Assembly: GCA_964588545.1 (NCBI GenBank)
Contig: CAZPPZ010000002.1
Coordinates: forward strand, 1 to 49,355
Reading direction: 5' to 3'
DNA length: 49,355 nucleotides
From: an uncultured Myxococcales bacterium
GTDB lineage: Bacteria > Desulfobacterota > Binatia > UBA1149 > SPBQ01
Within the stretch, counting starts at the first letter, position 1. Each line of letters starts with the position of its first letter. Below are positions 38,374-48,483 of this stretch, piece by piece. The translations under genes were made by a program, and so were the position numbers. The notes under the pieces were generated by a model. The model saw only the letters and a program-made list of their open reading frames with translations, was not told the DNA's origin and made no database searches.

Positions 38374-39411
38374 ATGCGCTGCGTATACCTCTGGGACGGC
38401 GGAGAAGAGGGCCCCTGGCTCGGTTTCAAGCGTGATCAGGCCCTGCTCGCGGCGCTTAGGTGCGGTGTGGGGGCTGATGCAGCTTGCGCTAAGGCTTACG
38501 CCAGGTTGTGGCACTGGCCGCTGGAGGGGCTGGCTTTTGGGCGTTTCCATCGTATGCCCGAAGCTGGGCGAGCTATGGGGCGGCGTCTTAGCGGGGGCAA
38601 GATCGTTGCTCTGGGCCCTGGCATACTCGGGCTCACGCTGGTGCTACCGGGGGCGGGGTGGCTCGAGCCGGGAAAACCCGAGCCCGCTCCTGAACAGATA
38701 CTCAACCGCGCTCTGCGCCCGCTCCTCGCGCTGCTGCGTCAGCTTGGGGTTGCCGCTTTCTATCCTGGACGCGATCTGGTCACGGTGGACGGGCGGGGCT
38801 TGGCTCACGCGGCCTTCACGGCGATGCCCGATGGCGCTTTGCTGATCGAACAGCACTTGGGTGTCAGTGGGTGTTTGTCTGCTACCAGCTCGCTACTGGC
38901 CCAGCTCGACCCTGCGGGTGTAGCAGCTAGTGATCCCTCGGCGTTTGCCGACTCGACGAGTCTTGGCGAGCTGCTAGCCGTACCGCAGCGCGAAGACTGG
39001 CTGACGCTGTTTGGCGAGCATCTAGGCGCGAGCTTCGGCTGTAGTGTCAGTACCGCCAGCCAAGCACCGAGCGAACTCGCGGATATGAGCGAGCTCGACG
39101 AGCAGGCCTTTGTTGCTCTGTGCGCCGAGCGTCGGGCCTTGCCCGAGGGTTGGGTGTCTGCACTAGCGCTGCAGAGTCTGGGGGTTGTCGAGGTGGCTGC
39201 ACGGATATCATCGGGACGTATCGGTGAGCTGGTAATCAGCGGAGACCTGATCGCGCCGGCGGTTACGCTGGAGTTGATTGCCGAACGCTGCGTAGGCCAA
39301 CCACCGGTTGCAGCCACCGCGCGCCGTGCGTTGATATCGGTACTGTCGCGTCCGGGCAATTTTCTTTTCGGGGTTGAAGATCTAGACGATCTTGTCGGTC
39401 GCATGGTTTGA
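38374..39411 (+). CDS. biotin/lipoate protein ligase (BPL_LplA_LipB) fold protein, divergent
   Basis: RRLSGGKIVALGPGILGLTLVLP parallels the RRxSGGGAVyHDxGnLnfS block of LplA. RBS AAGAGG precedes ATG 38374. The rest is only weakly similar. Confidence 0.45.
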   Translation: MRCVYLWDGGEEGPWLGFKRDQALLAALRCGVGADAACAKAYARLWHWPLEGLAFGRFHRMPEAGRAMGRRLSGGKIVALGPGILGLTLVLPGAGWLEPGKPEPAPEQILNRALRPLLALLRQLGVAAFYPGRDLVTVDGRGLAHAAFTAMPDGALLIEQHLGVSGCLSATSSLLAQLDPAGVAASDPSAFADSTSLGELLAVPQREDWLTLFGEHLGASFGCSVSTASQAPSELADMSELDEQAFVALCAERRALPEGWVSALALQSLGVVEVAARISSGRIGELVISGDLIAPAVTLELIAERCVGQPPVAATARRALISVLSRPGNFLFGVEDLDDLVGRMV

Positions 39412-39463
39412 GCGTGTGCGCATATGACGGTTGGTTGTATGCTGAAAACCAGAGGGAAGTGTT

Positions 39464-39808
39464 ATGAGCGAATGTCTGTTTTGTAAGATCGCTTCGGGAG
39501 AGATGCCGGTCGAGAAGATTCATGAGGACGCTGAGCTGTTTGCCATCGCCGACATCAATCCGGCTGCGCCTACCCACATTCTTCTCATACCCCGCAAGCA
39601 CATCCCGACCCCCGCCGACTTTGAACCGGATGATTTCGCTACCGTGGGTAGGGTGTATGCGCTGGCTGCGGATATAGCCCGCAGCCGTGGGTTCGCCCAG
39701 GCTGGCTACCGCGTGGTGGCCAACTGCAACGCCGACGGTGGCCAGACGGTGTTTCACGTTCACTTCCACCTGCTCGCGGGCCGGTCACTATCGTGGCCTC
39801 CAGGCTGA
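39464..39808 (+). CDS. HIT-family nucleotide hydrolase (HinT-like)
   Basis: Contains CLFCKIASGEMP and the histidine triad HVHFHLL. 114 aa. Confidence 0.92.
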   Translation: MSECLFCKIASGEMPVEKIHEDAELFAIADINPAAPTHILLIPRKHIPTPADFEPDDFATVGRVYALAADIARSRGFAQAGYRVVANCNADGGQTVFHVHFHLLAGRSLSWPPG

Positions 39809-39868
39809 TATCGTGAGCATTGAGATGCCAACTGCCGAGTGCGATGGAGTTGTCAGCCACCAGCCGCT

Positions 39869-40141
39869 ATGAGCTCGGTTGGGGAGATTAAGCGGAAGAT
39901 GAACGATTCAGCAGAACTCAAGCAACATATTTGCCAGCAGCTAAGCGAGACCCACGTCCGCTTTTCGGAACTCATGGAGTCGCGGATGGCGCAAGCCGAG
40001 CTCGCTGAGGTTGAGCGCTACTTTGCGCTTCTCAGTAACCTGGTGGTCAAGCTCGAAGACGCGGACTTGACGCTACGTGACATAATGGCCGAAATGGTAG
40101 CCGAAGCCTTGCCTATTGTTATGGCGGAACTCGCGGGTTGA
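39869..40141 (+). CDS. hypothetical small helical protein
   Basis: The open frame spans 39839-40141 with possible ATG starts at 39839, 39869 and 39899. The product is helical and acidic. No family recognised, and the RBS is weak. Confidence 0.35.
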   Translation: MSSVGEIKRKMNDSAELKQHICQQLSETHVRFSELMESRMAQAELAEVERYFALLSNLVVKLEDADLTLRDIMAEMVAEALPIVMAELAG

Positions 40142-40149
40142 ACGATCGG

Positions 40150-40192
40150 CTAGTCGGTTGGCGCAGGCTTAGGCGTTGCGCCAACCGACTAG
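40150..40192. terminator. 16-bp perfect hairpin between convergent genes (candidate bidirectional terminator)
   Basis: CTAGTCGGTTGGCGCA (40150-40165) pairs with TGCGCCAACCGACTAG (40177-40192) around an 11-nt loop. There is no clear U-tract. Confidence 0.55.
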
Positions 40193-40229
40193 CTAGAGCT
40201 GCTTGTTGCCATGCCTCCCTATTGGAGAT

Positions 40230-40667
40230 CTATGCATGAGCGATCGGGATCTTGCGAGCCTTTGCTGTTTCAGAGCGGGCGATCCGGATTTCTAGAACAC
40301 CGTTGTTGCAGTTGGCGCTTACCGAATCACAGTCGGCATCGGCGGGCAGGCGGAACGCCCTCTCAAAGCGGCCGTAGCGGACTTCTTCACGGTAGACACG
40401 ACCATTTTGTTGGTCGCGATCACGCTGTGTACGCTCGGCGCTAACGCTCAACAGCCCGTCTTCTACGCTTATGTCAATGTCGTCCCTGGCCACTCCGGGA
40501 AGATCGATGCACAGAAGGTACCCGTCATCATCAACGATGGTGTCTGCGGCAGGACGCCAGTTGTGCATGGATACTTCTCCGTCCACGCGGTCGTTAGCCA
40601 ACAGGTTGCCAATAAGTCGGTCGAATCGGTCGATTGTCCTCAAGGGTTCCCAGACGCTGAGAGTCAT
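40230..40667 (-). CDS. Hsp20/alpha-crystallin small heat-shock protein
   Basis: The alpha-crystallin domain reads WRPAADTIVDDDGYLLCIDLPGVARDDIDISVEDGLLSVSAER...F.R.F.LP. RBS GGAGGTG sits 7 nt upstream of ATG 40667. Confidence 0.92.
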   Translation of the reverse strand: MTLSVWEPLRTIDRFDRLIGNLLANDRVDGEVSMHNWRPAADTIVDDDGYLLCIDLPGVARDDIDISVEDGLLSVSAERTQRDRDQQNGRVYREEVRYGRFERAFRLPADADCDSVSANCNNGVLEIRIARSETAKARKIPIAHA

Positions 40668-40730
40668 CACGTCACCTCCACGGCGATTTAGTGCGCTCGG
40701 CGAAGAGTGATCCGTTTGCGCACGAAGTAG

Positions 40731-40758
40731 AAGATAAGTCCGCTTGGTTAGCTGTCAA
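40731..40758 (-). promoter_or_regulatory. candidate promoter of the hsp20 gene
   Basis: The minus strand reads CTTGACA, a 16-nt spacer, then TATCTT. The -35 element is the complement of 40753-40758 and the -10 is the complement of 40731-40736. It lies about 65 nt upstream of the start, in the degP-hsp20 spacer. Confidence 0.4.
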
Positions 40759-40772
40759 GGCCGGAGGTGGCC

Positions 40773-42143
40773 TTAGAAATGACGATCGAGAGGTAGGGTT
40801 ACGCGATACACTCGACGGCCGCGTACGACCGTTAGCAACACGTTGTCGCTATTGCGGAAGGCCGCAAAGCGTCGTCGGAAATCGACAAGCACCGAGATAT
40901 CGCGGCCACCTATGGCACTGATACCATCGCCCGCACGCATGCCGATGAGGTCAGCCGGGCTAGTCTTGCGGACGCGCGTTACCACTACGCCGTTGCCGCG
41001 TTGGTTATCGGCCACTTCGATACCGAGGCGGCGCCAGGCCAGCGCATCGATGCGTTGGTCGGGCAAGGTCGCGACCTCGATTACAACGTTGTGACTCTTG
41101 CCCTCGGTGCGAACGGTAAGCTGTAGCTTCTCACCTGCGGACAGTCCGGCGGTCTGCTTGGCAAACTCGCTGGGGCTGTGGATCTTCTCGTCTTCTACAC
41201 GTTCGATCACGGTTCCAGCGGCCAGCCCTGCCTTTTCGGCAGGGCTGCCCTCTTCGATGCCGTTGATGAGTACGCCGCCATTGGCTTCGACCCCGAAGTG
41301 AAACGCGAGTTCCGGAGTGAGGCCTTGGATCTTAATACCCACCCACGGCGGCTTGACCGTGCCGAAGGTGATGAGCTGCTCGACTATGCGGTGAACACGG
41401 CTGGCGGGGATGGCGAAACCAATACCCTCGGCCGAACGGTGGATCGCACTGTTTATGCCCAGCAGTGTGCCGTCGAGACTTATCAGTGGTCCGCCGGAGT
41501 TTCCCGGGTTTATCGAGGCATCGGTCTGGATGAAGTCGTGGTAGACTCTCTCGCCGGCTTCGATGGTCCGGCCCACCGCGCTTACGACCCCCACCGTGAC
41601 CGTATGAGATAGCCCGTAGGGATTACCTATGGCGACAACGGTTTCACCGATCATGACCTCCTCGTCTTCAGGCATTTCGACGTAAGGGAGTGGGTGGTCA
41701 GCCTCGATCTTGAGAACGGCAACATCCGAGTCGGAATCGGCACCGATGAGTGTTGCTGTGAACTCGCTCTTGTCGGCCATCATCACCCGAATGGTTGATG
41801 CACGTACAATCACATGTTCGTTGGTGACGATGGTGCCGTCGGCATCAACGAGAACCCCGGAGCCTAGAGAGGTTCGCTTCTCGGTGCGTTGGCCGAGCTG
41901 CGGGCGGTTGAAAAACTGGGAATAGAACTCGTCGAAGAAGGGATCGCCGGAGAACGGTCCGTAAGCGCGAAAAGGGGTCTTGACGATGGTTTCGGTATGA
42001 ATGTTTACGACCGCCGGTCGCGCGGTCTCTACGACCTTGACCACCGGAGTTCGTCTGGGGTTGCCGTCCGAGCCTCGCGCGTCACAGGGGGATGCGAGGC
42101 CGGCCAGCGTAGCTGTAGTCAACAGTGCCGCGACTATCTTCAT
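40773..42143 (-). CDS. degP: periplasmic serine endoprotease DegP/HtrA family (trypsin domain + two PDZ)
   Basis: The catalytic His is in TNEHV, the Asp in SDVAVLKI and the Ser in GNSGGPLISLDG. There is a signal peptide. The ATG overlaps the rnr stop by 4 nt. Confidence 0.92.
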   Translation of the reverse strand: MKIVAALLTTATLAGLASPCDARGSDGNPRRTPVVKVVETARPAVVNIHTETIVKTPFRAYGPFSGDPFFDEFYSQFFNRPQLGQRTEKRTSLGSGVLVDADGTIVTNEHVIVRASTIRVMMADKSEFTATLIGADSDSDVAVLKIEADHPLPYVEMPEDEEVMIGETVVAIGNPYGLSHTVTVGVVSAVGRTIEAGERVYHDFIQTDASINPGNSGGPLISLDGTLLGINSAIHRSAEGIGFAIPASRVHRIVEQLITFGTVKPPWVGIKIQGLTPELAFHFGVEANGGVLINGIEEGSPAEKAGLAAGTVIERVEDEKIHSPSEFAKQTAGLSAGEKLQLTVRTEGKSHNVVIEVATLPDQRIDALAWRRLGIEVADNQRGNGVVVTRVRKTSPADLIGMRAGDGISAIGGRDISVLVDFRRRFAAFRNSDNVLLTVVRGRRVYRVTLPLDRHF

Positions 42144-44272
42144 CGTTGTTTCGTCGGCGTCAGCTCAAGAGCGCGCTCGGCAAGATCGGCCGCCGTCAGT
42201 CGCACGCGCAAGCGCGCGCCGATCGCAATAACGTCTCCGGACACCTTGGCATGCAGCTCCATACGCTCGGGCAAGTAGCTGTAATACTCGCGGAGACGCG
42301 CCACCGAGACAAATCCTTCGACGAAGAATCCATCGAGTTCAACGTAGTATCCGTAACGCTGGACGTTGGTGACGGTACCGTCGAACTCGCGGCCGATATG
42401 CGCGCGCATGATCATTACCGTGGCCGCTGCAGTGATGTCACGCTCGGCGTCCACCGCGCGGCGCTCTTGATGCGAGCAGTGCTCGGCCACGCCGGCGAGG
42501 CGCTCGTGGCTAGGCAGCTTGGCGGTCGTCCGGTCGAGCAGGGCACACAAGGCTCGATGTACTACCAAATCGGGATAGCGGCGGATAGGCGAGGTGAAAT
42601 GAGTATAGCTAGAACTCGCCAGGCCAAAATGGCCGGCTTTGCGCTCGCTGTAGCGCGCTTGTTGCATCGAGCGCAGGACCAGGAGGTTGACCAGAGCCTG
42701 CTCGGCACTTCCTGCTGCTTGGTTGATCAGAGCCTGAATGGTCGCGGGTCTGATGCCGTCGGTATCGACAGCTATGCGGTAGCCGAGAGGCAGCAGCTTG
42801 GTCGCCATGGCGTCGACCGCGTCGGCGTCTGGTTTTAGATGGATACGGTAGAGAAACGCCAGCGGCTGCGCGTCGCTGTTGTGACGCTCGAGTTCGCGGG
42901 CGACTGCCTCATTGGCAGCGAGCATGAACTCCTCAATCAGTCGATGGGTGCGCAGCCGGGACTTGCGCCGTAGCGATACCGGCTCGCCGCTATCGTCGAG
43001 CTCAATTTCCAGCTCGGGCAGATCGAGATCGATGGCACCGCGTCGCATACGGCAGGTATGCATGGCCTCGGCGCATTCAGCCATGCTGTGCAGCATCGTG
43101 TCGATTTCGCTGTCGCTACTGGCGGCGCCAGCGAGGATGTCTTCGGCTTCTTCGTAGGTGAAGCGGCGGCGACTGTGGATGATCGACCGCGAAAAGCGCG
43201 AAGCGACGATTTCTCCATCGCCATTGACGTCGAGAAATACCGACAGTGTAAGTCTGTCTGTTGCGGGTTTGAGGCTGGCGAGGTCGCCCGAGATGCGCTC
43301 GGGGAGCATCGGTACACAGCGCCCAGGAAAATACACACTGGTGCCGCGCTGGTAGGCTGCGCGATCCAGCGCGCTTCCCACAGCGACATAGTGCGACACG
43401 TCGGCGATGGCCACGCCGAGCCGATAGCCGCCATCATGGTGTTGTATCGATACCGCGTCGTCGAAATCCTTGGCATCTACCGGATCTATGGTCACATAGC
43501 TGCTCGAACGGAGATCCTCACGTGCACCGAGAGCTGTTTGAGTTGGATCGGCCAAGCGCGCGACTTCGCGCTCCACCTCGGAGTCGAACTCGATGCTGAT
43601 GCCGCCACTGGCGCAGCTGGCGACGATCTCGGTGGCCAGTGTTCCTGCCGGCCCCAGCGATTTAGTGAAGCGTACCACCGGATCACGGTACGAGGTCGGG
43701 TACTCGACGATTTCGGCTTCGATCACGAGGTTCGCTGCCGGCAGTACCGAGTCGTCGCTGAAAGTCGCTACGTACCCCACTCTGGGATCGAGGGGGGTAA
43801 GCACCACGCAGCCCTTGGTTACTGTGCTGACGGTTCCCACCAGCGAGCGGGCGGCGCGTTCGAGTACGGCCTTGACCTTGCCGTTGCGAAGACCGCGGCG
43901 GGTGTAGGGCTCGACCTCTACGAGCACGCGGTCGCCATTCATGGCCGGGCGGATGCCACCACGAGGCAGGGCTATGGGCGCGTCGGCGGGGTCGGGGACG
44001 ACCACTGCACGTCCGCGCCTGCCGCTTCTTACCGTGCCACGCAACAGCCCCAGCCGTGAACAGAGCGCTACGTGCCCCTTACGCGTACGGATTACTTCAC
44101 CGCGGGCGATGAGGTCATCGAGCGCGCGGTTGGCCTGCTTGCCCGAACAGCCGATCTTGGCGGCGAGCTGCGCGACCACTGCGTGTTTACGTTTGCTAGA
44201 GCGCAGTTGAGCGAGGACACGGCGGCTCAGACCGTCATCGTTCTCGGGTTGATCCAAGCGACGCCCCGACAC
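42140..44272 (-). CDS. rnr: ribonuclease R
   Basis: N-terminal winged helix, cold-shock domains and an RNB domain with HFGLASSSYTHFTSPIRRYPDLVVHR. C-terminal S1 domain; 710 aa. Confidence 0.93.
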   Translation of the reverse strand: MSGRRLDQPENDDGLSRRVLAQLRSSKRKHAVVAQLAAKIGCSGKQANRALDDLIARGEVIRTRKGHVALCSRLGLLRGTVRSGRRGRAVVVPDPADAPIALPRGGIRPAMNGDRVLVEVEPYTRRGLRNGKVKAVLERAARSLVGTVSTVTKGCVVLTPLDPRVGYVATFSDDSVLPAANLVIEAEIVEYPTSYRDPVVRFTKSLGPAGTLATEIVASCASGGISIEFDSEVEREVARLADPTQTALGAREDLRSSSYVTIDPVDAKDFDDAVSIQHHDGGYRLGVAIADVSHYVAVGSALDRAAYQRGTSVYFPGRCVPMLPERISGDLASLKPATDRLTLSVFLDVNGDGEIVASRFSRSIIHSRRRFTYEEAEDILAGAASSDSEIDTMLHSMAECAEAMHTCRMRRGAIDLDLPELEIELDDSGEPVSLRRKSRLRTHRLIEEFMLAANEAVARELERHNSDAQPLAFLYRIHLKPDADAVDAMATKLLPLGYRIAVDTDGIRPATIQALINQAAGSAEQALVNLLVLRSMQQARYSERKAGHFGLASSSYTHFTSPIRRYPDLVVHRALCALLDRTTAKLPSHERLAGVAEHCSHQERRAVDAERDITAAATVMIMRAHIGREFDGTVTNVQRYGYYVELDGFFVEGFVSVARLREYYSYLPERMELHAKVSGDVIAIGARLRVRLTAADLAERALELTPTKQR

Positions 44273-44273
44273 T

Positions 44274-44816
44274 CTAGATGATCAGCACGCAGGCCGAGAC
44301 TACCGACGTCCAGCGCCCGTCTTTGGCACCTCGGGCCGACTGGGAGATGTTGCGGGTAGTGACGATCTGGTCGCTCAACCGCCAAATGTCGCGGCGTTGG
44401 TCGTAACTGGTATCGGAATCGAATTCGACGTTGAGGATGGTTGCCAGCATCTGTGCGGCAAGATCCTCGGCGTAATCGCCGGCTTGCTCATCGGTCTGAC
44501 CGTGACTGTGGTGTTCGCTGAGATAGCCGTACATGCTGCGATCGCGCGGAACCGCTACTCCCACCGATGCGGCGACGTGTCGGTGGGGTTCGTTGGTGTC
44601 GGCACGGCTCATCACGCAGTGGACGATCTGTCCCGCGCGTAGCTCGCGCAGCCCCTCGCGCTTTGTCACTATCTTGCAGTGGGGCGGCAGGATGCTTGAA
44701 ACGCTTACCAGGTTGAACTGGGCTATACCGGCAATTCGTAGCGCCTCTTCGAATGAGGCCAACTTTTCGCGGTGACGTCCGACACCCTTGGTGAGAAAAG
44801 CCTTAGTTGGAACCAT
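44274..44816 (-). CDS. pdaD: pyruvoyl-dependent arginine decarboxylase
   Basis: MVPTKAFLTKGVGRHREKLASFEEALRIAGIAQFNLVSVSSILPP contains the Ser-Ser self-cleavage site. 180 aa. Confidence 0.85.
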   Translation of the reverse strand: MVPTKAFLTKGVGRHREKLASFEEALRIAGIAQFNLVSVSSILPPHCKIVTKREGLRELRAGQIVHCVMSRADTNEPHRHVAASVGVAVPRDRSMYGYLSEHHSHGQTDEQAGDYAEDLAAQMLATILNVEFDSDTSYDQRRDIWRLSDQIVTTRNISQSARGAKDGRWTSVVSACVLII

Positions 44817-44825
44817 GTCTGTTCA

Positions 44826-46478
<1,653 letters not shown>

Positions 46479-46514
46479 TGCAGGGCCTCCCGTATCGGAA
46501 AATGTCTAACTCGG

Positions 46515-47639
46515 TTAGCCGAGTAGTGACAGTAACACGCCTGCCGCTACCGCAGATCCAATCACCCCCGCCACATTTGGTGCCATCGCATGCATGATCA
46601 AGAAATTGCTAGGATCCTCTTTCTGTGCAGTGGTCAGCGCCACTCTGGCAGCCATCGGCACCGCCGACACGCCGGCAGCACCAATGATCGGGTTAACCGG
46701 TGCGCGCGAAACCTTGTTCATGAGCTTGGCGAAAAGTACCCCGCCCGCGGTTGCGATGGTAAAGGCGATCAAGCCTAGGCCGAAAATCTTCAGCGATTCT
46801 GTTCTCAGGAATCGCTCGGCGGTGGCGCCCGCACCAACACAAATGCCGAGGATGATCGTGACCGAATCGATGAAGGCGGTCTTGGCGGTGTTGGCCAGGC
46901 GATCGGTGACGCCAGACTCCTTGAGGAGGTTGCCGAAGAACAGCATTCCGAGCAGTACCGTTGCTTTTGGGGCCACCAGGGTCGTAATGATGAAGGCGAT
47001 CAGCGGGAAGAGGATGCGCTCGGTACGCGATACTTCTCGCGGAGTAGGCATCTTGATCAGTCGCTCTTCGCGGGTGGTAAGCAGACGTACGATAGGCGGC
47101 TGGATTATCGGTACCATGGCCATGTAGGCATAGGCGGCGACTGCCACCGCGGGGAGCAACTCGGGAGCCAGAGCCGAGGCTATGAATATTGTCGTCGGTC
47201 CGTCGGCCCCACCAATGATACCGATGGCTCCAGCTTCCTGGGGGGTGAAGCCGAGTGCGGTTGCGCCCCAGTAGGTGGCAAATATTCCGATCTGGGCGGC
47301 GGCGCCGAGGAGGATCAGGCGGGGCTGAGAGAGCATCGCCGAGAAATCCGTCAACGCGCCGAGCCCGAGGAAGATCAGGGCTGGATAGATCTCGTGGTTG
47401 ACCCCGAAGTAGAGAAAATGGATCACCCCTTCGGGATCGAAGGCCGAAGCTCCGGACTCAGGGATGTTACCCATGATCATGCCGAAGCCGATTGGCAAGA
47501 GCAGTAGCGGCTCGTACTGTTTACGAATGGCCAGGGTGATCAGCCCCAGGCCGACACCGATCATGATCAAGTTCTGAGGGTGTTGGCCGAAAAGTACGAA
47601 GCCGGTATCGCTGAAAAAACTTAGGAAGGCATCGAGCAT
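46515..47639 (-). CDS. Na+-translocating decarboxylase beta subunit (OadB/MmdB/GcdB family)
   Basis: Polytopic membrane protein of 374 aa. Family blocks include LLLPIGFGMIMGNIP, GADGPTTIF, IIGAAGVSAVPMAARV and a C-terminal MHAMAPNVAGVIGSAVAAG. Confidence 0.9.
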   Translation of the reverse strand: MLDAFLSFFSDTGFVLFGQHPQNLIMIGVGLGLITLAIRKQYEPLLLLPIGFGMIMGNIPESGASAFDPEGVIHFLYFGVNHEIYPALIFLGLGALTDFSAMLSQPRLILLGAAAQIGIFATYWGATALGFTPQEAGAIGIIGGADGPTTIFIASALAPELLPAVAVAAYAYMAMVPIIQPPIVRLLTTREERLIKMPTPREVSRTERILFPLIAFIITTLVAPKATVLLGMLFFGNLLKESGVTDRLANTAKTAFIDSVTIILGICVGAGATAERFLRTESLKIFGLGLIAFTIATAGGVLFAKLMNKVSRAPVNPIIGAAGVSAVPMAARVALTTAQKEDPSNFLIMHAMAPNVAGVIGSAVAAGVLLSLLG

Positions 47640-47657
47640 CGTCAGCGCTTCTCTACG

Positions 47658-48086
47658 CTAGCCTACGACCGCTAAGAGTTGGCCGTCTTTGACTTCACTT
47701 CCCTCGGATACCGTTATTTCTTTGACTTCGCCTGCTATCGCGCTGTTGATGTCGTTCTCCATTTTCATGGCTTCTAGCTTTAGGACTACTGCGCCGGCTT
47801 CGATCTTGTCGCCGACCTTGACGCATAGGGCAGTTACTACCCCGGGTATGGGAGCGTGTATCGATCCGCTGCCCGATCCGATAGCCGACACGTGGGGTTT
47901 TGGTGCCGCCGGTGGCGCGGCAGCGACGCTCACCGCCGCTGGCGCCGAGTTGGCTGCGGCGGTGCGAAGCACCGCGGGGCTGACCTCAAAGCTGTGCCCT
48001 TCGACGGTAACACGGGCGCCGTGCCCGCTGTCGATGACCTCGGCTTGGTACTCCTTACCTTCTAACTTGATCTTGTAGGTAGCCAC
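47658..48086 (-). CDS. biotin carboxyl carrier subunit (biotinyl domain; MmdC/OadA-C-terminal-like)
   Basis: An Ala/Pro-rich linker is followed by the biotinyl domain, with VLKLEAMKMENDI as the AMKM biotinylation motif. Confidence 0.9.
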   Translation of the reverse strand: MATYKIKLEGKEYQAEVIDSGHGARVTVEGHSFEVSPAVLRTAAANSAPAAVSVAAAPPAAPKPHVSAIGSGSGSIHAPIPGVVTALCVKVGDKIEAGAVVLKLEAMKMENDINSAIAGEVKEITVSEGSEVKDGQLLAVVG

Positions 48087-48109
48087 TCTTCAACCTATTG
48101 GGCTCGCGC

Positions 48110-48442
48110 TCAAGCGCCTCGGCCTCGTTGTACCTGCTGCTGGCGGCCCGCGCGCAACCATGGAGACGGTGAGCGTGGTTGCGCGATGCTCACGCTTGCT
48201 CGCAGATGATAAGCGTAGGCCGCCAGCGCAACCAGGCGGTAGGTATGTTCGGCCGACTCTTGGGTGGGGGCGGCCGGCGCTTGGGTCGCGGGGGCGAGCG
48301 CGGATGTCGCCTGGGCGCTGCTCGACTTGGTGAGCAGCAGGCTGAGCAGCGATACTGCGGCGATCAGCAGCGCCAGCGCGATGAAGACCGTGGTAACACC
48401 GACCACGACCATGTTAGAGGCGCTCAATACCGAAGTTTCCAC
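48110..48442 (-). CDS. OadG/MmdD-like small membrane subunit of the decarboxylase
   Basis: One N-terminal TM helix (VVVGVTTVFIALALLIAAVSLLSLLL) is followed by an Ala/Pro/Gln-rich tail. It lies between the carboxyltransferase and biotin-carrier genes. Confidence 0.65.
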   Translation of the reverse strand: METSVLSASNMVVVGVTTVFIALALLIAAVSLLSLLLTKSSSAQATSALAPATQAPAAPTQESAEHTYRLVALAAYAYHLRASVSIAQPRSPSPWLRAGRQQQVQRGRGA

Positions 48443-48483
48443 GTTCTATTTCCGTCTTCTCGCGGGATCGCCGACGCTTGCGT

